From Phycisphaerae bacterium (GTDB taxonomy: Bacteria > Planctomycetota > Phycisphaerae > UBA1845 > Fen-1342), in contig CAXXWX010000023.1 of the NCBI GenBank assembly GCA_963675745.2, positions 1-64,000 on the forward strand: 64,000 nt of DNA. Reading direction: 5' to 3'. Below are positions 35,285 to 45,905 of this stretch, in pieces. A program made the position numbers and the translations under genes. Every line of letters begins with the position of its first letter. Within the stretch, counting starts at the first letter, position 1. Below the pieces are notes generated by a model that was not told the origin of the DNA, did not search any database, and worked only from the letters and a program-made list of their open reading frames with translations.

Positions 35285-35347
35285 GATAGTGACAGGAAAC
35301 GCCCGTTCCCACGGGAGATCACACGCAGGGGCACGTGGGCGGCCGCG

Positions 35348-36433
35348 TCAATACACGCATTCGTGGGCGGCGGCGGCGTAGTGGTGCAGGTTTTCTTCGG
35401 GCGTCTCGAAGAAGTGATCGCTCGGCGACATGATGTAGCCGCCGCCCGGGCCGTATTGCTCGAAAAGGGTGAACACTTCCGCGCGGATCTCGTCGCGCGT
35501 GCCGATGTCGAGTACCTGGAACTGGTTTATGCCCCCGATCAGGCAGACCCGCCCGCCAATACGCTGCTTGATCTCGGCCGGGCGCGCGTCGCCGCCCATG
35601 CTTGGCGGCGTCAGCGTTTCACTGGCGTCGCAGCCGTTCTCGACAATCTGATCGAGGATCGGCATCATCCCGCCGCAGGTGTGATACACGACCGGCAGGC
35701 CGACCGCGTGGAGCGCGTCGTGTTGCTCGCGGTCGTATGGCAGGCAGAACTCTCTGTGCAGCTTCGGCGACACGCACGTGCTCGAACCGGCGCCGCCGCC
35801 GGTCTCGATCAGGTCATAGCGGGTATCGGCCAGCGACTGCTCGATGAACTGGAGCTTCTGTTTCTGGAGCACGCGCAGAAACCGGTGTACCCAATCGGGG
35901 TCACGGCGGGCGGCGAGGATCAGGTTTTGCATGCCGTACAACTCGCAGGCGTCCTGCCAGCAGCCGCCCTGAATGCCGGGAACAAAGCCGCGCAGGATGC
36001 CCGCGTCACCAAGCTCGTCATAAGCCACCCGCACCCGCCGCTTGTCCAATAGCGGCACCGGCCGGTACTTGTCGAGCAAGTCGATATCGTCGGGGCGTTT
36101 GATGAGATGTTCGGTGATCCAGGCGGTCGGGGGCCGCTGCTCGGCGGTCGTGGAGAGCGTGCCGCCGGGCGTGTGAACGATGGTCTGGCGCACAGCGTGG
36201 CCGCCGGGGCTGGTGCTCGCGCGCGTCTCCACGCGCCAGTCGGGCGCTGGGCGCTCGATCAGCGGGCAGCACGGAATTGCGGCGTCGAGGCCGAAGTGCT
36301 TAAACGCCGCCAGCGCCGACATGCCGTGCAGGTGGGTGTTCAGATGGTAATCCTGCCACTGGTGGACCGAGGCGGGCACACGATCGGGTTTCTCACGCCG
36401 TAAGGCCGTTAGCATGCGCTGTTTGCCGGTCAT
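35348..36433 (-). CDS. Uroporphyrinogen decarboxylase-superfamily protein (MtaA/CmuA-like methyltransferase fold)
   Basis: MTGKQRMLTALRREKPDRVP, SPKLHREFCLPY, YHTCG, GGINQ, GPGGGYIMSPSDH. Confidence 0.85.
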   Translation of the reverse strand: MTGKQRMLTALRREKPDRVPASVHQWQDYHLNTHLHGMSALAAFKHFGLDAAIPCCPLIERPAPDWRVETRASTSPGGHAVRQTIVHTPGGTLSTTAEQRPPTAWITEHLIKRPDDIDLLDKYRPVPLLDKRRVRVAYDELGDAGILRGFVPGIQGGCWQDACELYGMQNLILAARRDPDWVHRFLRVLQKQKLQFIEQSLADTRYDLIETGGGAGSSTCVSPKLHREFCLPYDREQHDALHAVGLPVVYHTCGGMMPILDQIVENGCDASETLTPPSMGGDARPAEIKQRIGGRVCLIGGINQFQVLDIGTRDEIRAEVFTLFEQYGPGGGYIMSPSDHFFETPEENLHHYAAAAHECVY

Positions 36434-36602
36434 CCGCCGCTTCTCCATGGGCCGTCGCAACGTGGGCGTTCGCCGAATCGGCATCATAGCGAATCGGCGT
36501 GTTCCCGACCGTTTGCCGCGAACACTGATCCGTCGATACAATGCCGCCGGGCTGCGGGTACGGCTTGAGTATGTGGCGGCTGACCGGGAATCGGAGTATG
36601 GC

Positions 36603-39600
36603 GTGACGATACGGCGGACAATCGACCTGACCGGTGACGGTTGGCGTCTGTGGCGCGACACCGAGGCCGAGTGGGAGCATGACACGCTCTACCTTCCTCC
36701 CGTCGACCAGGAGATCCTGCCTGTGCGCCCGCCATCGGGCGGTTGGGCCGCGCTCGACGAGATCGGCACGGACGTGCATGTGCCGGGCACCGTCGAGGAA
36801 CACCACTGGCGTGAAGACGGCGATTGCCGCGGCGTGAGCTGGTGGTGGCGCACGATCAGCCTGCCCGCCGACATCGCCGGCGCGCGCGTGCTGCTCCAAT
36901 TTGACTCCGTTCGCCTGCGGGCCGAGGTGTTCCTCGATCAGCGGCTCGTCGGATACGACGTGATCGGTAACACGCCCTTCGAGATCGACCTGACGGGACA
37001 GGTCGAACCCGGGGCCGCGTGCCAACTCGCCATCCGCATCACCAATCCCGGCGGCAAATTCACCTGGGAAGACAACAAGGTCATCCGCTGGGGTGACTAT
37101 TCGTTTCCCGCCTGCCACGGGTTTGGCGGCATCACCGGCGGCGTACGCCTGGTGATTGTCGACCCCGTGCACGTGAAGGACGTGTTCGTCCGCAACACGC
37201 CTACCCCCACGGATATCGATGTCGATTGCACACTTCTGAATTCGAGCGACGTCACCAGCCGGCAGGACGTGCGTATTCAGATCATACCGCTCACCGAACC
37301 CGCGCGGCCGGTTTACGATCAGACGCTGAGCGCGACGGTGCTCGTGCCCGGTGAGCAGGTGATCACGCAGTCGATCTCGGTCCGCGACGCGCACCTCTGG
37401 AGTCCTGACCGGCCCAACCTCTACATATGCCGCATCACGCTCTCCAACGGCGACGTACACGACACGCGCTTTGGCTTTCGCTGGTTCGCCGTGCAGGGCA
37501 TCGGTGAAAAGGCGGTGTTTCGTCTGAACGGCAAGCGCATCGTGCTGCGCACCGCGATCAGTTGGGGATTCTGGCCGGGCAACGGCATCTTCCCGACCCC
37601 GGCAGGGGCCGAGCGCCAGGTGCGGTTGGCCAAGCGTTTTGGGCTGAACATGCTCAGCTTTCACCGCTGCATCGGCCAACCGGCGGTGCTCGATCGCGCC
37701 GATGAGCTGGGCCTGCTGCTTTATGAAGAGCCCGGCGGGTATACGGCCGATGGCGGTGACACATTCTGCTTTGCCTGGGCGCGCGAGAAGCTGCTGCGCA
37801 TGGTCAAGCGCGACCGCAATCATCCCGCGTTGGTGATCTACAACCTGATCAACGAGGAGACCTGCGATCCCGCCGTTCGCCATAAGAGCGACATGCGCGC
37901 TGTGCACGCGCTCGATCCCACGCGCGCGCTGACGTACACGTCGAGCTGGCACTCAGACGGCCACGATGCCAAAAAGCTGCACATGCTGCCGTACGATGAC
38001 CAGCAGCACACGCTGGGCTGGAGCGACTACCACCATGCCGCCGGCCCCGGCACCTACCGCGACGAGTTCTACAACGGTCCGAGCGACTATCGACTGTACT
38101 GCGAAAACAGGGGTGAGATCGTCTTCCGCGGCGAAGAAGGCGCCATCGGCGTGCCGCCGCGCCTGGAACTGATCGCCCGAGCGCTTGAGAACGCGCCCGA
38201 CGGCTGGGATGGTGCCGCGTATCGCCGGTGGTACCAGGCCTTCGCCGACTACCTCGACAAGAAGAAGCTGCGCGAGTGCTTCCCCACGGTGGACGCGCTG
38301 ACGCAGAGCCTGGGCAACATCGCGTATTACTATCACGGCCGCATGATCGAAAACGCGCGCATCGGCAACAACACCGATGCGTACACCATCAACGGCTGGG
38401 AGTCGGAGAAGATCGAGAACCACTCCGGCATCGTCGATTGCTTCCGCAACCCCAAGGGCAACCCGCAACTGCTGGCGTATTACAACCAGCCGCTCTATGT
38501 CGCGGTCAAGCTGCGCACCAAGATCACGCACGCGCCGGCCAGCGTGGTCGCCGACTTTCATATCGTCAACGAAGTGAATCTCCACGGGCCGCACACCCTC
38601 TCGGTCTGGCTTGAAGACGCCGCCCATGCCCAGCTCTGGATGCAGGATTACCCCGTCAACGTCAGCGGCGGCGACACCTACGGCGAACTGCTCGCCGAAC
38701 GCATTCAAATCAGCGTGACCGCGGGGCCCGGCACCTGCACGGTGGCCGCCGAGCTGCGCGACAGCCACGGGCGCGTGGTGGCCGTGGGCCGCGATACGCT
38801 GCTGGTCGTGGATTGGCGCGGCGTGCGGGTACCGATCGGCGGGGCCCTGCTCGACAGCAGCGGTCAACTCGACACGTTTCTGGTCCGCAATAAAGACGCC
38901 GAGTTGCTGCGCTATAACCGCAAGTTGGCCCCACTGAGTTACGTCGTGGTCGGAGACTTCAACCCGATCCCGCGCGATCGGATTCCCGCCGAGTGTTTCA
39001 CAACCAAGGACGGCAAACACACGGGCCTCTCGGGCCAGTATTACCACAAAACCGACCTCACCAAGCCCAGCGCGCGGCGTGTTGATGCCGACATCCACAT
39101 CGACGCCGTCGTGCAGGATCCGGCCTCTGTGGTTCCGGGTGTGCCGACCACGGCGAAGGACTTCAGCGTGCGTTGGCAGGGCCTGCTCAAGGCACCGCAG
39201 AGCGGTAACTTCATCTTTCACGCCGAGACCGACGACGGGCTGCGCATGTGGGTCGGTGATCAACTCGTGATTGACGACTGGCGCGAGTACGCCTGGTGGC
39301 ACGAAGACCGGCCGCTGCTCGTACATGGCAAGCGCCTGCGCCTGGAGGAGGGCCAGGTGTACCCGGTCAAGATCGAGTATTGGCAGGCCGGCGGCGAGGG
39401 ACAGCTCAAGCTCTATTGGACCACACCCTCCGACCTGACCGCCACCGGCGCGATCGCACATGATCTGATACGGCGGGTTCACGACGACGGTACCACGCTC
39501 ATAATCCTCGACCACACCTGGTGCTGGGCCCAGTTGCTCGGCGAACTCGGCGCGATCAAGTACCACGGCTGGCTGCACGGTAAACGCCATTGGCTCGGCA

Positions 39601-39947
39601 GCAACTTCTTCGTCCGCGCCCACCCGCTGTTCGCCGACCTGCCCGCCAACAAGGGCATGAGCTGGCGTTATCAGGAGTTTGCCGAGTACGGCGCCAAGCG
39701 CTACGGGCTGATGCTCGAGGATGAAGAGGCGGTGGTTGGGATCGTCTCGGACCACCAGCACGCCGTCGGCACGGCGGTCGGCATCGTTCGTTACGGCCGC
39801 GGGCGCATTGTGCTGTCGACGCTGAATGTCCTGGAGAAGCTCAACGACCCGCGCGGGCCGTGCGAGGTGGTGCGCAAAGTGTTCTGCAATTACCTGGCCT
39901 ACGCCGGCGCGCACGCGCCGTCCGATGCGCAAGACGACACTCAGTAA
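36603..39947 (+). CDS. Glycoside hydrolase family 2 protein with PA14 domain
   Basis: VPGTVE, GVSWWWR, LWSPDRPNLY, RFGFRWF, RDRNHPALVIYNLINE; PA14 FSVRWQG..TDDGLR..VKIEYWQ. GTG start with SD GGAG. Confidence 0.88.
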   Translation: MTIRRTIDLTGDGWRLWRDTEAEWEHDTLYLPPVDQEILPVRPPSGGWAALDEIGTDVHVPGTVEEHHWREDGDCRGVSWWWRTISLPADIAGARVLLQFDSVRLRAEVFLDQRLVGYDVIGNTPFEIDLTGQVEPGAACQLAIRITNPGGKFTWEDNKVIRWGDYSFPACHGFGGITGGVRLVIVDPVHVKDVFVRNTPTPTDIDVDCTLLNSSDVTSRQDVRIQIIPLTEPARPVYDQTLSATVLVPGEQVITQSISVRDAHLWSPDRPNLYICRITLSNGDVHDTRFGFRWFAVQGIGEKAVFRLNGKRIVLRTAISWGFWPGNGIFPTPAGAERQVRLAKRFGLNMLSFHRCIGQPAVLDRADELGLLLYEEPGGYTADGGDTFCFAWAREKLLRMVKRDRNHPALVIYNLINEETCDPAVRHKSDMRAVHALDPTRALTYTSSWHSDGHDAKKLHMLPYDDQQHTLGWSDYHHAAGPGTYRDEFYNGPSDYRLYCENRGEIVFRGEEGAIGVPPRLELIARALENAPDGWDGAAYRRWYQAFADYLDKKKLRECFPTVDALTQSLGNIAYYYHGRMIENARIGNNTDAYTINGWESEKIENHSGIVDCFRNPKGNPQLLAYYNQPLYVAVKLRTKITHAPASVVADFHIVNEVNLHGPHTLSVWLEDAAHAQLWMQDYPVNVSGGDTYGELLAERIQISVTAGPGTCTVAAELRDSHGRVVAVGRDTLLVVDWRGVRVPIGGALLDSSGQLDTFLVRNKDAELLRYNRKLAPLSYVVVGDFNPIPRDRIPAECFTTKDGKHTGLSGQYYHKTDLTKPSARRVDADIHIDAVVQDPASVVPGVPTTAKDFSVRWQGLLKAPQSGNFIFHAETDDGLRMWVGDQLVIDDWREYAWWHEDRPLLVHGKRLRLEEGQVYPVKIEYWQAGGEGQLKLYWTTPSDLTATGAIAHDLIRRVHDDGTTLIILDHTWCWAQLLGELGAIKYHGWLHGKRHWLGSNFFVRAHPLFADLPANKGMSWRYQEFAEYGAKRYGLMLEDEEAVVGIVSDHQHAVGTAVGIVRYGRGRIVLSTLNVLEKLNDPRGPCEVVRKVFCNYLAYAGAHAPSDAQDDTQ

Positions 39948-39973
39948 GAGGCCACGGTGCGGCGCGCCGCATC

Positions 39974-41035
39974 CTACGGAGACGGCGCGGGCTGTGACGT
40001 TGGTGTGTCGGGCTGGAGCGCGGCCGGGAGGTAGTCCGTCAGCGGCCGAATGGTGGCTACCATCCTCAGCGTGGCCTTCAAATAGGCGAACGACAGAGTC
40101 TGGTCGGTGGTCAATACTTCAGCCGAGATAAGCAGGATTATGTCCGGAGTCGGGGCGGCCACGACGTACTGTTGGCCCTTCTTCTCGGTTTCCCCCTGCT
40201 TGCCCGTGCGCGGGACTGTCAGCAGCTTTGTGGCCATCGCTTTGATGCCACAGCGCACCGGCTGAAACTCCGGTGGCGTCTCGAGCTTGTTGGCCTTGGC
40301 GATACCCGCCGCGAAATTCTTGACGTGCTCCTCAAAGGCGAGCTCACCCGGATGCCGGATGATGTTGACGCCGAGCAGATACTCAGGCTTGTTTGTGACG
40401 TAGTTACGAATCTCGAACCTGAGCTGCTGCGATGGACTGGGTGACTTCATCCGACGCAGCGGCGCAACCGTCACAAACCCCACCTTTGCCTCTGGAACCG
40501 GCGTGACTTCGGCCCGCAGCTTCAAGAACTCGTGTGGCGGCTGGGGCTCGCCCAGACGCACACTCTCGGCAAAACGATTGAAGAGCGCGTCGCGCTGGAC
40601 CAGACCACTGGTGCGCTTGCGGGCCACGATAAAATAGCGGCCGTGCTGCGCGATCAACCAGTCGTCGTGCAGTTTGTCCGTCATAGGGGCTGACAACTGC
40701 TTTGTGGGCAGGCCGGCGAGCTTGACATCCGAGTCACTCGCCTTGGTATCGAACTTGCGTTCGAGATCCTCAATCGCCGTGTCGAGATCACCCCGCCGAA
40801 TGGGCAGAACCTCTATCATGAAGATCGAGTCGATCTTCCTGGCATCCTCCAGACCTTCCGGGTTCGCCCAGCGGCACACCTCGGATTCGTTTTGCTCGAG
40901 GACGCTGATCCAACCTTCCGGCGGCGTTGCAGCCACGCCGAAATAAGGGTAACTGACTTCCTCGGCCGCCTGAAGCAGCGTCGCGCCGCCACACAACCAA
41001 CCCGCCATGAGAACAACTGCCAGCCTCTGCCACAT
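39974..41035 (-). CDS. Secreted hypothetical protein
   Basis: SD GGAGGAG; signal peptide MWQRLAVVLMAGWLCGGATLLQA; no family recognised. Confidence 0.75.
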   Translation of the reverse strand: MWQRLAVVLMAGWLCGGATLLQAAEEVSYPYFGVAATPPEGWISVLEQNESEVCRWANPEGLEDARKIDSIFMIEVLPIRRGDLDTAIEDLERKFDTKASDSDVKLAGLPTKQLSAPMTDKLHDDWLIAQHGRYFIVARKRTSGLVQRDALFNRFAESVRLGEPQPPHEFLKLRAEVTPVPEAKVGFVTVAPLRRMKSPSPSQQLRFEIRNYVTNKPEYLLGVNIIRHPGELAFEEHVKNFAAGIAKANKLETPPEFQPVRCGIKAMATKLLTVPRTGKQGETEKKGQQYVVAAPTPDIILLISAEVLTTDQTLSFAYLKATLRMVATIRPLTDYLPAALQPDTPTSQPAPSP

Positions 41036-41199
41036 TCGTGTAGCTCCTCCAATCAGGTTCGCGCGCCGGCCACAGCGGCATGTCACGGCAGCGCCCGCAT
41101 GGAAGGTTAACAGCAACCTCGCCACAGCGACAGCGCCGACGCCGTCGCCAGACCGTTCGTTCGATGTCCGATCGGGCAATTATCAGTACACTATCGCGC

Positions 41200-42162
41200 A
41201 TGTGCGAGCTGATGTTAACCACCTGGTCATGGGGCACGCTGGCGAATGCAGCCGGCATGCCAATCCTGACGGCCGGCGGCGACGCGCTTGATGCGGTCGT
41301 AGCGGGCGCCACAGCGGTCGAAGACGAGGAATCGGTGGATTCGGTCGGCGTCGGCGGGATGCCCGACTTTGAGGGACACGTATCACTGGATGCGTGTGTC
41401 ATGACGGCTCCACACCGTTGCGGCGCCGTCGCCGGCATCCGCGGTTATCCCCACCCGACGGCGATCGCCCGGCGCGTGATGGAGCGAACCAACCATATTC
41501 TGCTGGTAGGTGACGGGGCCGCGCAATTCGCCACCCGCGAGGGCTTCGAGCAGCGCGAGCTATTGACGGAGCCAACCCGCGCGAAATGGCAGGCCTGGCG
41601 CGCGCACCTGGACGCCGCCGGTTATCCGCCATACAGCGGCTGGCACCCGCCCCGCAACGTCGAGGAGCCAGACAAGTTCCCCGCGCCGCCATCGGCGAAA
41701 AGGGGTGAGCCACCGACGCACGACACCGTCGGGCTGCTGGCCCGCGACAGCGCCGGCACGCTCGCCGGGGCCTGTTCGACCAGCGGCATGGCCCTGAAAG
41801 TGCCGGGGCGCGTCGGCGACTCGCCGATCCTCGGCCACGGCCTGTACGTGGACCAGCGCGTCGGCGCCGCCGTCGCCACCGGCAATGGCGAGCTCATCAT
41901 GGGCGTCTGCGCGGCTTTTCTCGCCGTCGAGCTCATGAGGCGGGATTCTGCGCCGGAGGATGCCTGCGTCGGCGTATTACGACGCGTCGCGGAGTGCTAC
42001 GAATTGCGCGGCGACGAACAGGTCGCCCTGATCGCGATTGCATCCGCCGCCAACGGAGGCCACTGGGCCGGCGCGGCGTTGCGCCCCGGGTTCAGTTATG
42101 TGGTTTCGGATGCAAGCGGAACCCGCCGCGCCGATCCGCACTTCGTGCTACTGCCCGACTGA
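41200..42162 (+). CDS. N(4)-(beta-N-acetylglucosaminyl)-L-asparaginase / isoaspartyl peptidase (Ntn hydrolase)
   Basis: SVGVGGMPD, LDACVM, HDTVG autocleavage site, STSG...KVPGRVGDSPI.G.G, ATGNGE. Confidence 0.92.
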   Translation: MCELMLTTWSWGTLANAAGMPILTAGGDALDAVVAGATAVEDEESVDSVGVGGMPDFEGHVSLDACVMTAPHRCGAVAGIRGYPHPTAIARRVMERTNHILLVGDGAAQFATREGFEQRELLTEPTRAKWQAWRAHLDAAGYPPYSGWHPPRNVEEPDKFPAPPSAKRGEPPTHDTVGLLARDSAGTLAGACSTSGMALKVPGRVGDSPILGHGLYVDQRVGAAVATGNGELIMGVCAAFLAVELMRRDSAPEDACVGVLRRVAECYELRGDEQVALIAIASAANGGHWAGAALRPGFSYVVSDASGTRRADPHFVLLPD

Positions 42163-42492
42163 ATCATGCTCATGCGGTTTCGTGGGTTTCTTTCGCGCGC
42201 GCCAGTCGCTGATCAGCAGCCAGAGCATCACGGCGACGCACGCGGCCTTCCAGACCAGCAGCCACCACGGACGCCACCACGCGCCGGTCCCCGCCTCGAC
42301 GATGTCAGACAAACCGAAGGCGAAAAATGTCGCGGCACCTATCCAGCAGCGCCGGCGCGCCGCCCCGGTCTGGCGGAATGCGAAGTACGCCAGCGCCAGC
42401 GCGATCAGCCACCAGACCAGCGCCTCGACATTGTTCCCCTGTCGGTGAATGTCAGCGCCGAGCAGAAGCAGCCCGGCGTGGCTATTGATCAC
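42148..42492 (-). CDS. Small membrane protein
   Basis: Three hydrophobic helices; N..EA.VW, FFAFGLSDIVE..TGAWWRPWWLL.WK; GTGA overlap with the gmhA stop. Confidence 0.7.
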   Translation of the reverse strand: MINSHAGLLLLGADIHRQGNNVEALVWWLIALALAYFAFRQTGAARRRCWIGAATFFAFGLSDIVEAGTGAWWRPWWLLVWKAACVAVMLWLLISDWRARKKPTKPHEHDSVGQ

Positions 42493-43052
42493 GCCAACGC
42501 CTCTTCGACGCGCTCGCAGATGTAGTGGTACACCAGCTCATGCGCCTCCTGGATACGATCGGACGCGCCGTGCTGGACGCGCAGGATGCAGTCACAAAAC
42601 GGGGCCAGCTCACCGCCGGATGCACCGGTGAAACCGATGATCATGGCCCCGAACGTCCGCGCGGTTTTGGCCGCGGCGATGATGTTGGGGGAATTGCCGC
42701 TGGTGCTCAGCAGCCAGACGACGTCGCCGGTGTCGAGCAGACCCTCGAGTTGGCGCGCGAAGATCTGGTCATAGCCCAGGTCGTTGGCGATTGCGGTGAG
42801 CGTAGATGAGTCGGTGGTAAGCGCCAGCGCCGGCTGCGCGATGCGTTCGAGCTTAAAACGCCCCAGCAGTTCGCAGGCAATGTGCTGGGCGTCGGCGGCG
42901 CTGCCGCCGTTGCCGATCGTATACACGCGTCGCCCGGCACGCATGCAGTTGACGATCGCCTCGATCATGTGCTCGATCTCGTGCGCGCTCTTTTCGACCG
43001 CGGCAACCGCCCGCTGATGTTCTTCCAGGACTGTCTTCAGTTCGCGACTCAT
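42489..43052 (-). CDS. gmhA: Phosphoheptose isomerase
   Basis: GNGGSAADAQH, TAIANDLGY..IFARQ, STSGNS, RIQEAH. Confidence 0.96.
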   Translation of the reverse strand: MSRELKTVLEEHQRAVAAVEKSAHEIEHMIEAIVNCMRAGRRVYTIGNGGSAADAQHIACELLGRFKLERIAQPALALTTDSSTLTAIANDLGYDQIFARQLEGLLDTGDVVWLLSTSGNSPNIIAAAKTARTFGAMIIGFTGASGGELAPFCDCILRVQHGASDRIQEAHELVYHYICERVEEALA

Positions 43053-43078
43053 CGGTTCCGTCCGCCCTGCCCGCCCCG

Positions 43079-44557
43079 TTACACTCCGGCCCGGATTTTC
43101 TCCAGCTCCGCAGTGGTGCTATACCCTTCAACCAGCTCGATCAACTCAACGCGGCCGCCGCGCGACTCGACAAACTCCTGCCCGATGACCCCCTTGCCAG
43201 CCCAGTCTGCGCCCTTGACCAGTATCTCCGGCGCGAGCTGCTCGATGAGCCACCCCGGATCCGGCTGTTCGAACAGCACGACGTAATCGACGGTCTCCAG
43301 CGCGGCCAGCAGGCGCACGCGATCTTCCTGGCGTCGAATCGGTCGATCATCACCCTTGTTCAGAGCGCGCACCGAGGCGTCGCTGTTCACGCCGACCACG
43401 AGCATGCTCCCGAGCGCCTTGGCTTTTTCGAGCAGCTCGACGTGTCCCGGGTGCAGGATGTCGAAGCACCCGTTGGTGAAGACCACCGTTTCGCCGCGCA
43501 GTCGGCGGGCATCGAGTTCGCCGCGCAGCTCGGTAACGCCGCGCAGCTTGCCGCGCAACGTGTCCTTGCCGCGGCGCAGATCGTCACGCACCTCATCGAG
43601 CGCGATGGGCACGCAGCCGAACTTGCTGACCTCCAGCCCACCGGCCACATTGGCCAGTGGCACAACCTGTTCGAAACCGGCACCGGCCGCGACCGCGACG
43701 GCGGCAATGGCCAGCACGGCGTCTCCCGCGCCGGTGTTGTCGTATACCGCCCGCGGCGTCGTGGGGAACCGCTTAAGCCCACCGCCGCGCTGTACGAGCA
43801 GCGCGCCGTCACGGCCCAGCGTGACGATGACCGCCTCGAGGTCGAGTTGCTTGACCAGCCGCGTGGCGGCATCCGGCAGTTGCTCATCGGTCAACGCCGA
43901 TCCAACGCCGATCTCAAGTTCAGCGCGATTCGGGGTGAGCACGGTAGCGCCGGCGTATTTCTTCCAGTCCGGCTGCCGGCACGGGTCTACCAGCACAGGT
44001 ATCCCGCGCGCCCGGGCCGCCTCGATCAGCATATTGCACAGCGACGGCGACAGCAGCCCCTTCGCGTAGTCTTCCAGGCAGATGGCCTCGACGCGGTCGA
44101 GCATCTCGGTCACGCGCGTCAGAAAGCGCTGGGTGTCAGCTTTCGACGGCGCCGCCGTCAGCTCATCGTCCACGCGCAGAATCTGTTGCCGGTGGCGATG
44201 CTCGGCCAAGCCGACCAAGCGCGTTTTCGTGATCGTCGGCCGGTCGCCGACGGAAAGCACGCCGCCGGTATCCACGCCCACCGCGCTGAGCAATTGCCGC
44301 ACGAGTTCGCCGGCCGGGTCCTCTCCGACCAGACCGCAGCAAAGCGTCTCAGCGCCCAGCGCGGCCAGGTTGGAAGCAACCGAGCCCGCCCCGCCGACGC
44401 GGTCCTGGCGTTCGACAACCTGTAGCACCGGCACGGGAGCTTCGGGGCTGATGCGCGTCGCGTCACCGAAGATGTACCGGTCGAGCATCAGGTCGCCGAC
44501 CAGCAGTACGCGCCGGCCGGGAAATCGATCGACAAGCTTCAGCAGTTCATCGGGCAT
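43079..44557 (-). CDS. hldE: Bifunctional heptose 7-phosphate kinase / heptose 1-phosphate adenylyltransferase
   Basis: GDLMLDRY..G...RISPEAPVP, GAGD, TNGCFDILHPGH, GYSTT. Confidence 0.96.
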   Translation of the reverse strand: MPDELLKLVDRFPGRRVLLVGDLMLDRYIFGDATRISPEAPVPVLQVVERQDRVGGAGSVASNLAALGAETLCCGLVGEDPAGELVRQLLSAVGVDTGGVLSVGDRPTITKTRLVGLAEHRHRQQILRVDDELTAAPSKADTQRFLTRVTEMLDRVEAICLEDYAKGLLSPSLCNMLIEAARARGIPVLVDPCRQPDWKKYAGATVLTPNRAELEIGVGSALTDEQLPDAATRLVKQLDLEAVIVTLGRDGALLVQRGGGLKRFPTTPRAVYDNTGAGDAVLAIAAVAVAAGAGFEQVVPLANVAGGLEVSKFGCVPIALDEVRDDLRRGKDTLRGKLRGVTELRGELDARRLRGETVVFTNGCFDILHPGHVELLEKAKALGSMLVVGVNSDASVRALNKGDDRPIRRQEDRVRLLAALETVDYVVLFEQPDPGWLIEQLAPEILVKGADWAGKGVIGQEFVESRGGRVELIELVEGYSTTAELEKIRAGV

Positions 44558-44595
44558 TCAACACGCATTTCGCTACGAGCCGCCCCCGGCGCACC

Positions 44596-45756
44596 TCACA
44601 CGCAAGCGCATACCTGCTTGGCGGCATCCGTCAGATCGCTCGCCGTACGCAAACCGGCGACGTTCGCTTCGTCGAGCATCTTGCGCGCGGCCTCGACATT
44701 GGTGCCCTCCAGCCGCACCACGACCGGCACGCTGAAGCCCACCTGTTGGGCCGCCTGAATCAGAGCGTCGGCGATCACGTCGCACTTGGCGATGCCGCCG
44801 AAGATGTTGACCAGGACGGCCTTGACCTGTTTGTCGGCGAGAATGATCTTGAAGGCCTCGACAGCAGCCTCCACCGTGACGCCGCCCCCCACGTCGAGGA
44901 AGTTGGCGGGTTCGCCGCCGTGCAGTTTGATCATGTCCATGGTGGCCATCGCGAGCCCGGCCCCGTTGACCAGACACCCGATGTTGCCGTCCAGCGCGAT
45001 GTAGCTCAGCTCATGCGCCTTGGCGGCCAACTCGGCCGGGTTCTCTTCGGATTTGTCGAAGAGGGCCTGAATATCCTCGTGACGAAAGACCGCGTTGTCG
45101 TCGAAGTTGAACTTTGCGTCGATTGCCAGAATCTCGCCGTCGGGCGTTTGTACGAGCGGGTTTATCTCAGCCAGCGAGCAATCCTTCTGGATGAACAGCC
45201 GGGCGAGCTTGACCATCAGGCCGGCGGCGGCCTTGGCCTGCGCGCCGGTCAGGCCGATCTCGGCAGCCAGCGCCTGTGCCTGAAACGGCTGCAAGCCCAG
45301 GTGTGCGTCAAACCACGCCTTTTTGATCGCATCCGGGTTACGTGCGGCGACCTCTTCGATCTCCACGCCACCCTCGGCGCTGGCCATCATGACCGGGACG
45401 CGCTTCGCGCGGTCCACCACTACGCCGACGTAGTATTCGTGCGCTATATCGACGGCGGCCGCGAGCAGAATCTTGCGCACGCGCACACCCTGGGGCCCGG
45501 TCTGCTTCGAGACCATCGGCTCAGCGAACATCCGCCGCGCATGTTGCTCGGCCTCTTCGGCGGACTTGACGAGTTTGACGTAGCCGGCCTTACCACGTCC
45601 GCCGGCGTGTACTTGTGCCTTGACCACGACCGTGTCGGCGCCGACGCGCGAATACGCGGCCGCGGTCTCTCCCGCATCGCTGATGACTTCACTGGCAGGC
45701 ACGGGCACACCGGCCTGCTTCAACAACTCCCGCCCCTGATATTCGTGGACCTTCAT
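44596..45756 (-). CDS. sucC: Succinate--CoA ligase subunit beta
   Basis: [49 protein letters not shown]. Confidence 0.96.
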   Translation of the reverse strand: MKVHEYQGRELLKQAGVPVPASEVISDAGETAAAYSRVGADTVVVKAQVHAGGRGKAGYVKLVKSAEEAEQHARRMFAEPMVSKQTGPQGVRVRKILLAAAVDIAHEYYVGVVVDRAKRVPVMMASAEGGVEIEEVAARNPDAIKKAWFDAHLGLQPFQAQALAAEIGLTGAQAKAAAGLMVKLARLFIQKDCSLAEINPLVQTPDGEILAIDAKFNFDDNAVFRHEDIQALFDKSEENPAELAAKAHELSYIALDGNIGCLVNGAGLAMATMDMIKLHGGEPANFLDVGGGVTVEAAVEAFKIILADKQVKAVLVNIFGGIAKCDVIADALIQAAQQVGFSVPVVVRLEGTNVEAARKMLDEANVAGLRTASDLTDAAKQVCACV

Positions 45757-45893
45757 CCGGACCGCTCCCAATACCTACTGTGTGACATTCATGTTCCCTG
45801 GACAAGGAAACTACGGAGTTTACCAGCAAGGGGCGCGACACGCCAATCTGCCACCGTGCCCGGGCCTCCGGCGCGCGATCGTCGACCACACGG

Positions 45894-45899
45894 TATAAT
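45894..45899 (+). promoter_or_regulatory. -10 box TATAAT of a probable leaderless rarA promoter
   Basis: TATAAT-GCCCTC-ATG with no SD. Confidence 0.65.
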
Positions 45900-45905
45900 G
45901 CCCTC

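Noticed and set aside
18163..41035. Genomic island, prophage or defence system in the accessory block
   Set aside because: No integrase, transposase, tRNA anchor, flanking direct repeats, phage or nuclease genes were seen, and base composition resembles the flanks.
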